Positions 23,400 through 37,611 are shown, numbered from the whole stretch's first letter. The stretch is DNA of 63,988 bases, filler included, from Octopus bimaculoides (GCF_001194135.2; 5 parts of 5 records of this genome joined end to end with filler, not necessarily neighbours in it); one strand, 5' to 3'. The notes: a model not told the origin generated them from the letters alone. Numbers and translations are program-made.

Positions 23400-26030
23400 A
23401 AAGAAAAGATCCAAGGTGGAAAAGAAGAATACAGCCAGGGTTAGATATGCTCTCGAAGGACATTTCTGTGCCAGACCGAAAAGGGAAGAGGAAGCTTAAA
23501 AGAAAACAAAAGTACAGGGAACTGAACATGAAGTATGATATAGAAAGAAAGGGCCTGAAATTGGTAATGGAGGAACGAAAACAGCGCTTCGTTGCAAAGA
23601 AAGCAAAGATGGTAAGAGTCGATCAAAGAATGAAGGGATACCAGCAGAATGGGTTATTCAGAGTAGATCAGAAGAGATTCTACAAAGAAATAAATGAAGA
23701 GTGTACAGATGAAAGGTTGATACCAGATAATATTGAAAGTCAAAGGTTTTTGAGTGACATCTGGAGCAAAGACAAGGAGCACAAGAAGGATGCTGAATGG
23801 TTGCAAGAACTGAAACAAACAGTAGTCTGTCTAAAACAGGGAGAACTAGTCATTTCAGTTAGGTAAGTGAAGGAAATCAGCAAAACAAATGGGCAAGTGG
23901 AAGTCCCTTGGACCAAATGGAGTTCAAGGCTAATGTCATGCACGAATAGCTGCGCAACTCAACACTAAGTTAAATGCCAACCAAGTAACACCAGATTGCT
24001 TGGCAATGAGTAAAACAGTGTTGTGCTTGAAAATCATCGGAAAACGCAATACAGTATACAATTACCGGCTGCTATCCTGCTTGCCACTTATGTGGAAATT
24101 ATTGACTGGAATAGTCGCAGAGTCAATGTATGGACATCTGGAAAAAATGGAGTCCTGCAAAATGAGCAGAAGGGTTGCAAGCGTAAGTGCAGGGGTATCA
24201 AGGATCAACTCCTGGTAGGCATAACTGTACTTAGAGATTGCAAGAAGAGGAAAAGTAATTTGTCATATCATGGATCGACTATCGTAAGGCATACAATATG
24301 GATTATGGAATGTATGAACCTATTTGGCATTGCATCGAATGTTGAGTCTCCACTCGAATGTTGAGTCCCCACTCGAATGTTGAGTCTGTCCCCACTGATC
24401 TTTGTGCTGTGCTTGATTCTGAGGAAAGCTAAAGCTGGGTATGTATTCAAGAGCCGCCAACAAAAAGTCAATCATGGATGACCTCAAACTTTATGGTAAA
24501 GATAAATCGCATGTCAGTTCCCACGTTGATACGGTGTATACTTTCAGTGCTGATATCAAAATGGGGTTCGGAATGAGAAAGTATGATGTGTTAGTCTTGA
24601 AGAGAGGCAAAATCAAATGTATGGACGGGGTAGCGATACCCTCGGGGGAGGTTATGAAGCAGATAGAAGAAACAGGCTATAAGTACTTGGGGATATTGGA
24701 AATAGATAAATTGATGGAGAAAGAAATGCCAGAAATATTTAAGGTGGACTACTTGCGCAGACTGAGACTGATCCTTAAGCCGAGATTAAACAGACAGAAT
24801 AAGACTGAAGCTATCAACACCTGGGCAATTTCACTACTTAGATATGGAGCAGGGGTAATCGCATGGACAGTAGACGAACTAAATAGCTAAAACAGAAAGA
24901 CAAGGACGTTGCTGACTAGATATGGGTTACTCCAACCAAACAAACTGACAATGACAGACTGTATGTACCAAGAAAAAGTGGGGGAAGAGGACTGACTGGA
25001 TGCGAACACAGCATTAAGTCAGAAGAGAACTTACATAGCATCGTATGTAAAAAATGCCACAGAATCACTGTTATTGGAAGTAAGAAGGTTAGGCTTGTGT
25101 AGGACGGAAGATTGCAAAGATAAAGCACTGTACAAGCACTTGAGAATGAATGACACTGAAAATAGGTGGATACAGAAAAGAATGTATGGACAATTTCATA
25201 GGGATGTTGAAGATAAGACAGACAGAGAATAAAGATGGCTATGGATGACTAAAAGTGATTTAAAACCGGAAACAGAGGCTCTAATCTCTGTTGCCCAAGA
25301 GCAAGTATTAAGAACGAATTACATCAAATACAGAATAGACAATCAGTTATAAGTGCAGAATTTGTAAACAAAATGGTGAACCCGTATGGCATATTACCAG
25401 TCACTAGCCCAGAAGGAATATAAGAGACGTCATGACAATATAGCAAGGTTTGTCCATTGGACACACTGCAACAAGTATGGACTTGACAGAGCAAAAAATT
25501 GGTAGGAACTTAAGCTCGAAGGCATCATCGGAAATGATAATGCAAAGATCCTATGGGATTTTATGATTCAGTTTGACCATGAGATAGAAAATAGGAAATC
25601 AGACAATGTTAATTGAGGAAGAAAGCAAACGATGCTGGTTGATAGACATAACCTGCCTTGTTGACAAGAAGGTATGCGATAAGGAAGAAAGAAAAGTCGA
25701 TTGATTGATTTTGTCGTATTCTAACATCTTCAGATATTTATGTCTAAGGATTTTAGAATATGACAAAATCAAGCCAAGTGAAATGAAAGAAAGCTTTAGG
25801 CGAGAATATCTTAAAAGAATCAAGTTAATTATGGGAAGTAGACTCAGGGCAATGGACACATGCGATGTTTCCTTAATGCGATACGGCGCTGGTGTTGTTA
25901 GGTGGACAAAGAACGAGCTTGCCGAAATGGACAAAAAAAAAAACTAGAAAATGATGACAATTAACAAGGAGATACACCTCAAAAGCGATACTGACAGACT
26001 GTATGTGCCTAGAAAAAGGGGTCGCCAGCT
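23400..26030 (+). mobile_element. R4/Dong-like retrotransposon (about 2.3-kb fragment plus a second RT fragment at 25690-26030)
   Basis: QNGLFRVDQKRFY, EQKGC, DQLL, MDDLKLY, YKYLGILE, GGRGL, RHDNIARFVHW, LWDFMIQFD. Confidence 0.88.
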
Positions 26031-27515
26031 AGGATTTTGAGATTGGTACTTGGGTCTTGAATATCTCCCATGCTAATAAACAACCAAGTATCAAAACTTA
26101 TAATGTCCGGAAAGAGACCCTGTGAGACCTTTGACTGCAGGATGCTGCTCTCACAGAATTTACCAGGGCTCACAAGATCGGGCACTTTCAGAAGTAAAAC
26201 AACAGCAACAGCAGCAACAACAACGATAATATGTGCGTGTGAATAACACAAGTTTCTACATCGTTTCTGTCTAACAAATTCCGCTGCCACGCTGATACAT
26301 ACTCATGAGTACACAGATATACACATGTATGTATGTATACAATATATAGCCGTAAAACTGCAGTTGAGACTCAATAATCAGGGACAGCATTCGTTCTACT
26401 TACCAAATTATGCGCTCTACACACATACACTTACCAATTTATGCGCTCTACACACATACACCCGCACACACATCAACCAATACGAGACTATCTCTGGTAG
26501 AAGGTAATAATGTACCGGCCCGCGCAGTGGTATGGAACTAGGAACCACATTGTTTGTAAATGTGAATCTTAATTCACCCTGTTGATCAATATATGTATTT
26601 CACCAATATCACTGCTGGCGTTTAACAATGTCGATATTAGCAGTAATTACTGAAGTTTTTTGTGCACCTCCCCATCAAGTCTGTGCTACAAAATTTTATC
26701 ACAGACTAACAAAGGAAACATTTAATCGATCAATTCCTGTCCCCTCTTCCCACCAGAAAAACGTGCTGCGAATACCAAAACGTTTAACAAACGTCAAAAT
26801 ATTTTTTCAACAATTAAAAACCCCGATCTATTTCATTGAACGCAATTCTCCAATTAATCAAATAAAATTAACAACAAACTATTTATTGTCGCTTGCAATG
26901 CTTGTTAACTCCTTCATCTCCACCAGGATATTACCAGCATAAAATAATCAATGAATATTTCACTCAATCGATCCCTTAATCAATACTTTAACAGGGGCTA
27001 CATGACTTTATTTTCATTACTTCCAGCAGCAACACTCGAAAACAAAACCAAAGGGCTCCAGTTGTTTTGTAACAATACTGGTGTTAAACCTCTGTGAACT
27101 GCTGATGGGAAAAGATAATATAAATCAACTGAAAGTTTGCTGTTTCGCATTCCAGCACTGATAGTCGAATGCTATCGTGTCCATGGCTAATGATTTTACT
27201 CTTCCTGGTCCCATCTCAACAAGCTGTAAACAGGAACGAGCGGGTAGGAAGAACTCACAAATTAAAAGGTTAACACGCAAAAAAACAACAAAAAAAAGAC
27301 AACAAAAAAAAACAGAGAAATATCAGCTAAATCTTCTTAAAACGACACCCTTACAATAATAAGCAGACTAACTCAAAAGAAAACGTAGTCCACCCATTCT
27401 GAATTACTGGNNNNNNNNNNNNNNNNNNNNNNNNNNNNNNNNNNNNNNNNNNNNNNNNNNNNNNNNNNNNNNNNNNNNNNTGTGTGTGTGTGTATGTGTG
27501 TGTATAGACAGAGAA

Positions 27516-27587
<72 letters not shown>

Positions 27588-27689
27588 TTAAGTAGGTAGG
27601 TACGTAGATAGGTAGGTAGGTTTCTTTCCCAGTAAATTGACATTTGACTGTTCAAAGAAAACTTCAAAAGATACTAGTAGCGATGTCTC

Positions 27690-28745
27690 TTGAAATTGGA
27701 CAAAATTTGGCATCATGGTGTAATCAAGTGTATGCAGAAAAAGGGTTTAGCCCCTAACGGCATTCACGCTGACATGGTTGTTACATTAGGGGATGACGCC
27801 TCAGGTTTATCAGCAGTGCAAAAGTGTACAAATGAATGTAGGAGGAGAACGGAAATTCTTGAAGATGACATAACGTTTGGAGGTCCTGCAACTGCCACCA
27901 GCGAGGAAAACATTGACTGTGTTCACGAAATGGAGATGGATGACCAGCGATTGACCATAAATCAAATAACCAATGCTATCAGCATATCCCGGAAAAGTGT
28001 TGAAAATATTCTGTACAATAATATTTGCATAATGAAGGTTTCTGCTCCTTGGGTGCCATATATTTTGACAACTGTTCAAAAGCACACCAGACTGTTCACA
28101 TCAAAGGAAAACTTGACAATGTTTGAGGCAGATCCAACTACGTAACCCAGGATAAGTATTGCCTTCATCACTTTGAGCCTGAAACAAAGAGACAATCCAT
28201 GCAGTTGAAATACCTTTCTTCACCTACTCCAAAGCAGGCCAAGGTCATTTCATCTGCGTGAAGCTGTTCGCCTCAGATTTTTTTTTTTTGGTGGTGGGGA
28301 TTAAAAACGCATTGTATTAACTGAGTATCTTCAAACGTCCACACTGTCAATAGAGAATGCTATGCCAACTTGCAGTGGTAGTTATGAAAGTCTATCGAGA
28401 CTAAACGATCAGGAAAATTGACGAAAATGGTCTTGTTTCATTAGGAAAATGCTCAAACATACAAGTCCTTGCTTTTAATGGGTGTTTTGCGTGAGTGTGG
28501 CTTTGAACTGGTCGATCATCCTCCCTATTCTAATTTTACCCCATCTATTTATAAACTGCACCTCAACATGAAAAAGACTTGACTGGAACCAATGCCACAG
28601 TTTTGACATTGTAACTGCTATTGATGAATGTTTAACCAGCAGGTTGACAGCTTTTTCACAAATGGGATCCAAGCATTGCAACAACGAAGGAAGAAATGTG
28701 CTGACTGTAAGGGCGACTATGTTGAAAAAGAAATCTCATTTGGTC
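27690..28745 (+). mobile_element. mariner element, decayed (related to 2914-4050)
   Basis: KIWHHGVIKCMQKKG, IHADMV, WVPYIL, HPPYS, GDYVEK. Confidence 0.85.
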
Positions 28746-29207
28746 AAATCTGGAAAACCAAGGGTCATAGTAGGGACTCCGGTTCAGAACAATTGGGTTC
28801 GACAAATTAACCTTCGGTCACAGAATATAGCAGCCTCTCTCCAGGATTCAATAATATTTGCAGCCTCTTTGCAAAAACAGAATATATTCTTAACCAGCAA
28901 TCAAATTAGCAGACGACATATTAGAAATAAGAAAAATATAGAAAGTTTACAGCAAAATATAGAAAAAAAAAATTATTTTTTGTTCCACAATAATTTTCCG
29001 TATGACATGACGATGCTTCACATTTCAACGAGTTTTCTTGCGTATTTCATCAATTGTAACATTTAAAGAGAACGACTTTCAATTAAATAACTTTTATCTC
29101 TACAGTTAAGTACATTGAACTACATAATCGAAAAGGTTGCCATCGTATTTGTATAAGACTAAGCTTATCTGAATAACATGTTCAACATTGAAATATTTAA
29201 ATATTTC

Positions 29208-29253
<46 letters not shown>

Positions 29254-29967
29254 AGGGAGGGAGAAATGAGAGAAATAAAATCAATCACAATTTCAGAATT
29301 ATAAACAAAACAAAACAAAAACAAGGATTAATGTTAAAAAGACACTCAACCGATAAGAGGAATTTGTTTGTATAAAACTATTTCTATTTGGAATTATAGA
29401 AATCGCGAAATGAGTGCATGCATACATGTATAAGCATGTATCTATAAGAATAATTTATTACGTTCTACGAGTGATTCCATGTGCGTTAGTGGCGATGGTG
29501 AAGTATTTTCCTACATTTGGTTATGTATGTCCATGTGGCAATGGCGCTATGCTGCGAAGAAATGCAAATGGAATATCAATCTCTTGGATTAGATAATGTC
29601 AAATATGTGAATATATTTCAGTACACACGCTAAAATATGGGGGAAAAGAACAAAATCATGCGAACAAGACGAAAATAAACACATAGACAAAATCACATGA
29701 AGATAGGCGAACAAACACTGACAAAAGTATGCTGGCTTCTATAATTTCCTCCGCCTTTCTCTTTCTTTCCTTCCCTTCTCTATGTATGTGTATGTGTATA
29801 CATACATACATACATAAATATATATATATATNNNNNNNNNNNNNNNNNNNNNNNNNNNNNNNNNNNNNNNNNNNNTTAATTAATTAANNNNNNNNNNNNN
29901 NNNNNNNNNNNNNNNNNNNNNNNNNNNNNNNATATATATATGTACACAAACATACATACATATATAT

Positions 29968-30150
29968 ATTCTTTTATTTGTTTCAGTCATTTGACTGCGG
30001 CCATGCTGGAGCACTACCTTTAGTCGAAAAAATCTACCCCAGGACTTATTCTTTGTAAGCCTAGTACTTATTCTATCGGTCTCCTTTGACGAACCGCTAG
30101 GTTACGGGGACATAAACACACCAGTATCGGTTGTCAAGTGATGTTGGGGA
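29968..30150 (-). mobile_element. SINE family B 3' half
   Basis: TTTCAGTCATTTGACTGCGGCCATGCTGGAGCAC is the reverse complement of the family B tail. Confidence 0.85.
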
Positions 30151-30185
30151 TACAAACACACACACACACATACATGTATATATAC

Positions 30186-30228
<43 letters not shown>

Positions 30229-30324
30229 ATATTGCCAGTTTAGCCAATAAAAACACACGCACTGTATATTTGGTGTTAATTTGCTTCAGCTTTATATTAC
30301 GTTATATTACATTAATCCTATTTC

Positions 30325-30369
30325 GGCCAGAGTTCTTTCGTCACACTTCTGTGACATCATCAGTGGTCC
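30325..30369 (-). ncRNA. Minimal type I hammerhead ribozyme motif in a Penelope-like terminal repeat
   Basis: Minus strand GGACCA CUGAUGA U GUCACA-GAAG-UGUGAC GAAA G-AA-C UC^ UGGCC: full catalytic core, perfect 6-bp stem II, 5-bp stem I with one bulge, 2-bp stem III. Confidence 0.72.
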
Positions 30370-30771
30370 TTTGCTTTCTTCTTTCTTATGTGTGTCTCAC
30401 CTTGCTAACTATCAGCCATTTTGACAAAANNNNNNNNNNNNNNNNNNNNNNNNNNNNNNNNNNNNNNNNNNNNNNNNNNNNNNNNNNNNNNNNNNNNNNN
30501 NNNNNNNNNNNNNNNNNNNNNNNNNNNNNNNNNNNNNNNNNNNNNNNNNNNNNNNNNNNNNNNNNNNNNNNNNNNNNNNNNNNNNNNNNNNNNNNNNNNN
30601 NNNNNNNNNNNNNNNNNNNNNNNNNNNNNNNNNNNNNNNNNNNNNNNNNNNNNNNNNNNNNNNNNNNNNNNNNNNNNNNNNNNNNNNNNNNNNNNNNNNN
30701 NNNNNNNNNNNNNNNNNNNNNNNNNNNNNNNNNNNNNNNNNNNNNNNNNNNNNNNNNNNNNNNNNNNNNNN

Positions 30772-31136
30772 GTCGAAAGCCTTTCGGTAGTCGATCCAGG
30801 TCATACTGAGGCCTTTCTTCTTTCTGCGGCTGTCTTCAGCTATGGCTTTATTGATCATTAATTGATCTTTACAGCCGTATGAGCCCTTGCAGCATCCCTT
30901 CTGCTCTTCTGGAAACAGGTTGTTATTTTCCAGGTGCTTACTCAATCTCTGCGATATTATTGCAGTAAAGGCTTTGTAGATCGTAGGGAGACAGGTTATA
31001 GGTCTATAGTTTTGTGGTTTCTCCGTTTCCGTGGATTTGGGGATTAAGATGGTTTTCCCTTTCGTGAGCCATTCAGGCATTGTCTCTGGCTCTGCTAGTA
31101 TGTTGTTAAAGTTTTCAGTCAGCTTTTTGTGCATTC
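30772..31136 (-). mobile_element. R4/Dong-like RT fragment
   Basis: PQNYRPITCLPTIYK, EEQKGC, CKDQL, WIDYRKAFD. Confidence 0.88.
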
Positions 31137-31137
31137 C

Positions 31138-31202
<65 letters not shown>

Positions 31203-31227
31203 GTTGTTGTTGTTGTTGTTGTTGTTG

Positions 31228-32545
31228 AGTGAGAGAGCAGTGCATGTTATCAAAGTGACACTACGGTAAAATACACGAAGCCCAATATACCCATCATGAC
31301 TACCCGTCCGATAAGGGTGCACCAGACACATGCATCACAACCATATGTGCGCGACATGGTGATCTCATATCAAGTTTAGCAGCGCATGACCTTGCAGGTG
31401 GGAACCAGTTAGAATTTCTTCAGTTCGAGTAGCCCATCCCGCTCAAAAGGTCCTTGAATAAGGGTTTTTTAAGGATGTTGAATGAAACACCCATGTTTCC
31501 AAAGGGGAATTGTCCAAACCCCAAAGAATTCCTCTCAACACATGGCAATGATGCTTCCCCACTACTTCTTCTCGTGATCAGAGATGCACATATGATCAGC
31601 TACTAAGGGACATGCTCAACTGGTTAAGGTCAAACAACTGACAAGCAAACCTGTGGTATTGAGCAGAATATTTGCTGTAGCCCCAAGGCAAAACAATCTA
31701 CATGATATTATTATTGTTGTTGTTGTTGTTGTTGTTATATGAACACTCACAGCTTATTTTGGTGGGTATGATGGAAAGTGTCAGCTATCCACAGCCAACA
31801 GACTAAGGTGACACTTGTTTACTGGCCATGCTTCAAGAACCCTGTGAAGAATTCTTGGAGTTCCGAGCAATGCTGATTTTTGTTGGTGTTCTACCTTCAC
31901 ACTTGCACCAACCTTTTTCAACCATGCTGGTAGTTGAGTGCTGGTACTTGCAAGTGGTATCACGTCTGCTCTCTTCGTTGACTACAACCTTCGTATTTCC
32001 CACTTCAAATCGTCATAGCTGTTTTCTTTTTCTTTCACGTTGATCCTGCTGTCACTTGGGCATGCTATGTCGTTTATTATTGTTGGTATTATTGAGAGAG
32101 AGCAGCAGCAGCACATGCCATCAATGTATACAAATATATGAAACTCGCCATACCAATCATGACTACCCATACGATTGGGGTACACCAGGCAGATGCATCA
32201 CAACCATATGTGTGCGACATAGTGATCTCGTATCAAGATAAACAGTGCATGACCTTGCAGGTGGAACCTAGTTAGAATTTTCTTCAGATCGAGTAGCCCA
32301 TTACGCTCAAAGGTCCCTGGATTAGGTTTTGTTTAAGGATGACGAACATAATACTCATGTTTCCAGAGATGACTTATTCAACCCCCAAATAATCCTTCAC
32401 AACACATGGCTAATCAAACAACTGACAAGCAAATCTGTAGCCCATCTTTTACACCAACACAAAACAGGCGCATGATAACTATTTCAATAGGTGAAGGTTA
32501 GAAACCATGTGAGCCACTGCCTAGTGCTGCACCAAAGCACTTATT
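31228..32545 (-). mobile_element. Two copies of a ~470-bp non-coding interspersed element (31228-31700, 32095-32545) flanking an R4/Dong 3' end (31735-32075)
   Basis: GAGAGCAG...CATGCATCACAACCATATGTG...GACCTTGCAGGTGG...CAAACAACTGACAAGCAAA repeated; middle piece encodes YDDLKWEIRRL and QKSALLGT.RIL. Confidence 0.78.
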
Positions 32546-32563
32546 ATAATTATTATCTTTATA

Positions 32564-33470
32564 AAGGCGGTGAGCTGGCAGAATCGTTAGCACGCTGGGC
32601 GAAATGCTTAGCTGCATTTCATTGGTCTACGTTCTGAGTTCAAATTTCCACCGAGATCGATTTGCCTTTTGTATTTTCGGGGTTGATAAAATAAGTACCA
32701 GTCGAGTACAGGAGTCGATTTAATCGACTTAGCCCTTTGCCCAAAACTGCTGGCCTTGTACAAAAATTTTAAACCATTGTTATTATTAGTAGTAGTAGTA
32801 GTAATAGTGGTAGTAGTTAAAGCGGCGAGCTGGCAGAAACGTTAGCACGCCGGGCGAAATGCTTAGCGGTATTTCATCTGTCTTTGCGTTCTGAGTTCAA
32901 ATTTCGCCGAGGTCGACTTTACCTTTCATCCTTTCGGAGTCGATAAATTAAGTACCAGTTACGCACTGGGGTCGATGTAATCGACTTAATCCCTTTGTCT
33001 TTCCTTTTTGTCCTCTCTATGTTTAGCCCCTTAAGGGCAATAAAGAAATAAGAATTGTTAGCAAGCCGGGCGAAATGCTTAGCGGTATAGTTCAAATTCC
33101 ACCGAGCTCGACTTTGCCTTTCATCCTTTCGGTGTCGATTAAATAAGTACCAGTTACGCACTGTGGTCGATGTAATCGACTCACCCACTCCCTCCAAATT
33201 TCAGGCCTTGTGCCTATAGTAAAAAGATCATTATTATCATTATTAGTTAAAAGGCGACGAGCTGGTAGAAACGTTAGCACGCCGGACGAAATGCTTAGCC
33301 ACATTTCGTCCGTCTTTATATATCTGAGTTCAAATTACGCCGGGATCGACTTTACTTTTCATCCTTTCAGGATCGATCAAAAAAGTACAAGTTGAACACT
33401 GAGGTTGATTACATCGACAAGCCCCTTCCCAAAAAATTTCAGGCCATGTGCCTATAATACAGACAACTAT
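32564..33470 (+). mobile_element. Tandem cluster of four SINE family A copies
   Basis: Heads at about 32567, 32822, 33055 (truncated) and 33253, separated by (TTA/TAG)n. Confidence 0.9.
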
Positions 33471-34018
33471 TATTATCAATGCCATTTTCTTTTTCTTCCT
33501 ATAGTTATTTAATATTACGCAACGTAAGGCAGGAACTTCGATTTGACTGTGATACAGAACGTTTATTTCTCTATAAAGTAGCATTTATTATATAAATTAT
33601 GAATATAATAAAAACTAGGTGCTGGTGACGGTAGCAATGAAGGGGAGAAGGGGAGGAAGAGGAGGAGGAAAAGGAAAAGGGGAAGGAAGAGGTGGAAGGG
33701 GAGGAGAGAAATGAGAAAAGGAAGACTAAACAAAAATTTTGAAAAATCACATGGCAAGCAAATATATCTTCTAAAAGGTGTGTGTTTGTATGTATTAGAA
33801 TATTGCTCAGCATATATATATATGTGTATATATATATGCACGCACACACACTCACACATACGCACCCACACACACACACACACACGAACACACACACACA
33901 CACACACACGGACACACACAGACACACAGACAGACACACACACACATATATATGCAGGTGCATGCGCACATAATTGTGCTTGTGTCTCTGTATGAGTTAG
34001 TGCTACATACAGTATATC

Positions 34019-34066
<48 letters not shown>

Positions 34067-35055
34067 ATGTAGGTTTAACTAAATAATGAAGTAAAATTAA
34101 AGGAATATTTCTGGTGGTTTTTATATTTTATTTTATTAAAAATTATTTTTCACTCAGTGTTGCCACACACAAATACACACGCACAAACGCACACACACAC
34201 GCACACGCACACGCATACGCACACGCACACGCACACATACACAGTCTTTGTAGCCTTCACTTTTCTCTGCCTCCCCCCTCTTTCTCTTTCTTCTTGTCCT
34301 CACATACATACATACATACATATACTACGTACTGAATGAACAAAATTATAAAGTACACACACTCGCATGCACACACACACACACACACACTAACACATAC
34401 AAACACATCGGCTTATACTTTCTCTTCCATTGTATGCAATCGCACACTTCCCCCCCTCTATCTTTCGCGCGCGCACGTCTAGATTGAGTATTGTATGCAG
34501 TATAAACACACACACACACACACACATACGCTAACACATACACACTCGTGCATATATACATGCACTCACACACGCTCTCAGTCTATCTTTCACCATCCTT
34601 TCACCACTCATCTATACATTACACACACATATATATATAGATACATGCGCACATACACACACACATTCACACACACACACACACACGCACACACACACAC
34701 ACCTTCACGCATATATTCACATGTATATTCACACACACACACCTTCACGCATATATTCACATGTACATTCACACACACACACATATTAGACTGGTTAATC
34801 AAACGATGGACATACATATCTATATAAACACTGTCACTGGCAATTTCTTTGTCTTCCCCCTCCTTGCTTCTCTATCTTTTACTCTCCTCCCCTTCTCTCT
34901 TTTTTTCCCTCTCTCTGTCACTCTACGCTGCACACACACACACGCACCCATGCATACACTATTACAATTCCTTTCTTTTATTCCTTACCTCTCTGTCTAT
35001 CTGTCGTTCTATCTATCTATCTATCTTTCAGTCTATCTACCTATCAACTCATTAG

Positions 35056-35092
<37 letters not shown>

Positions 35093-35106
35093 ATATATAT
35101 ATATAT

Positions 35107-35159
<53 letters not shown>

Positions 35160-35289
35160 GCTAGATATAGAAATATATATATAACCTACATAAATATATA
35201 TGCATGTACAAACGCATACTCCCACAATCTCTTTTTTCTTCGTACAAGCAGTTTCTCTCCCTTTCTTCCGCTCTCTAATACATGCATAC

Positions 35290-35327
<38 letters not shown>

Positions 35328-35399
35328 ACACACTACAAAACGTTTCCATTCCTATCTTTTTCTTGACACATATATAATCAAAATATTTCTCTCTCCCTT

Positions 35400-35442
<43 letters not shown>

Positions 35443-36699
35443 CTCCCTCTCTCTTTTTCTCTCTCTCTCTCCTTCATCTCTCTCCCCCTCTCTCTCGCTC
35501 TTTCTCTCTCTCTTTCCGTCTCCCCCTCATTTTCTTTCTGTATGATATATATCTATTTATAATATGCTTCTATTTATAAGATATAAACTCACCAAACGCC
35601 CCTCCACACACAGAAACACTCACAAACGCGCACGCGCACACGCTCACATACACACACGAACACACATACACTCTCATTTATTCATACACACATACATTGT
35701 GACTGCCCCCTCCTCCTTTATCTACTCCCTTTTCTCTTCACTAATTCTCTCGTCCACTGTTCACCTTCATTCATATACCTACACATATATAAACTCACAC
35801 ACTCTCCTTAAAATCATGCACACCACACATTCTTTACCTCTGCCTCCTCCCCACACTTACTCTCTCTTCTCCCTCTGCTTTTCTGTCTCCCCCCCTCTCT
35901 TTCTGTCTTGCTTTCTACATTGCCACTTTATTTTTGTCGTTCTTTTTTTTCTTTTTCCTTTTTATTTCCATTTCTTTTCCTTCTTTTTTTCCCCTCCTTC
36001 TCTCTCTCGGTTACTTTCCTCACACATATCAACACGTGACAATGTCCCACTGATATTTACGATCACATTCTCTACATATTCAACTACGTTGATATATGAA
36101 GGTGTAACAAAGATGGCAGCCTGAAACATCGTCTGGAAAAAAGAAAGAAACTAACAAAAGAAAAATAGAAAAACAAAAATCAAAATCAAAAACAAAACAC
36201 TGATAAATACACAAAGAACAAGAAGAAAACGTTCCAAATAGTGCGGCTATTCTTAACTGAAGGAAAACTAGAGACTAATCACTAATCCAAAGGTCAGTCA
36301 GGTACATAAGTCCGCCAGTATAAAGTTACCTCTGTGTATGTATGTGTATGTGTATGTATGTGTATGTGTATGTATGTGTATGTGTATGTATGTGTATGTG
36401 TATGTATATATGTGTACTCGCCTGTGTGTTTGTGTTTGTGTGTGTCCGTGCGCGTGGATGTGTTTTAAGTGTGGAAGAAATGAAAATGTGATGTCTTGTG
36501 TCGTAACGTACAATAGAATGTTGACTCACCGCCAGCACTGTTTTAAGGCATGGGGTACACAGTAGACACTTTGTCAGGGTATCTTACGGATGTGTAAGAG
36601 ATCCAGATGCATTGCTTTGCTCAGGGGCCGACGAACACTGTTCAATCGGCCCTAGTCACCTCGAAAGGTTTCGTCGTTTAGTTAATTTCTCAAAGGCAA

Positions 36700-37340
36700 G
36701 TCAGCTAAACGAAATTCATTTTGTAATCCACCCTCAGGCACCTATCTACAAAGCATGAACAAAACAAAACACTGTTTTCTGTTCTTAAGGAAGCAGAAAA
36801 ATACAAGAAAGGAGTCATAGTACTTGACAACTTTGAAGAAAAAGAGCAAACAACAAAAACTGTAAAGCAACCGAAATCTAAACTTGGAACTACAAAATAC
36901 CATGATAAAACGACGGCAAGAAAAGCCTTTACATGGCAAATACTGGGATAAGCTAAACAAAAAAGAAAGAAAGTAAAATCCCAGCAATGGTTGAGAAGCT
37001 CATGACCCAAAGCAGAGACTGAAGGCTTTTTTAATTGCGGCACAAGATCAAAGCCTTCCCACCAGAAAAACATAATGAAGAAAAGTACAATAAGTAACTT
37101 CAGAATATGTAGTGAAGGGGAGGAAACAATAAATCATATTGTCTCTGGCTGCCCAGTCCTGGCTAAGAAGAAATACATCCACAGGCGTGACAGAGTTGGG
37201 ATTTACATACACTGGAAGCTGTGCCAACACTATGGAATTACAACAAGAAAGAGATGGTACAAGCATAACCCAGAATAGGTCTCAGAAAAGGACAAAGCAA
37301 CCATACTTTGGTATATGCCAATTTACTCAGATAGAAAGAT
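36700..37340 (+). mobile_element. R4/Dong-like zinc-knuckle/RLE fragment
   Basis: ETEGFLIAAQDQ, RIC..EETINHIVSGC, HRRDRVGIYIHWKLC. Confidence 0.82.
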
Positions 37341-37515
37341 CAAGCCTCTCTAACCCAAGTAACAACTCCCATGCCACTCTTTCACCAAAAAACCGAAAAG
37401 GTAGATTCTTCATTTCACACGGCAAATTTACTTATCTGAAATCCTCCTTTCACTGTTCTGGACTAATTGTTTGTTTCTAACACACACAACACCAGAATCG
37501 TCAAATTCCAGATTT

Positions 37516-37611
<96 letters not shown>

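Noticed and set aside
36025-36132. Possible minus-strand exon after a strong pyrimidine tract
   Set aside because: No clear donor, no recognisable peptide, and no partner exon.
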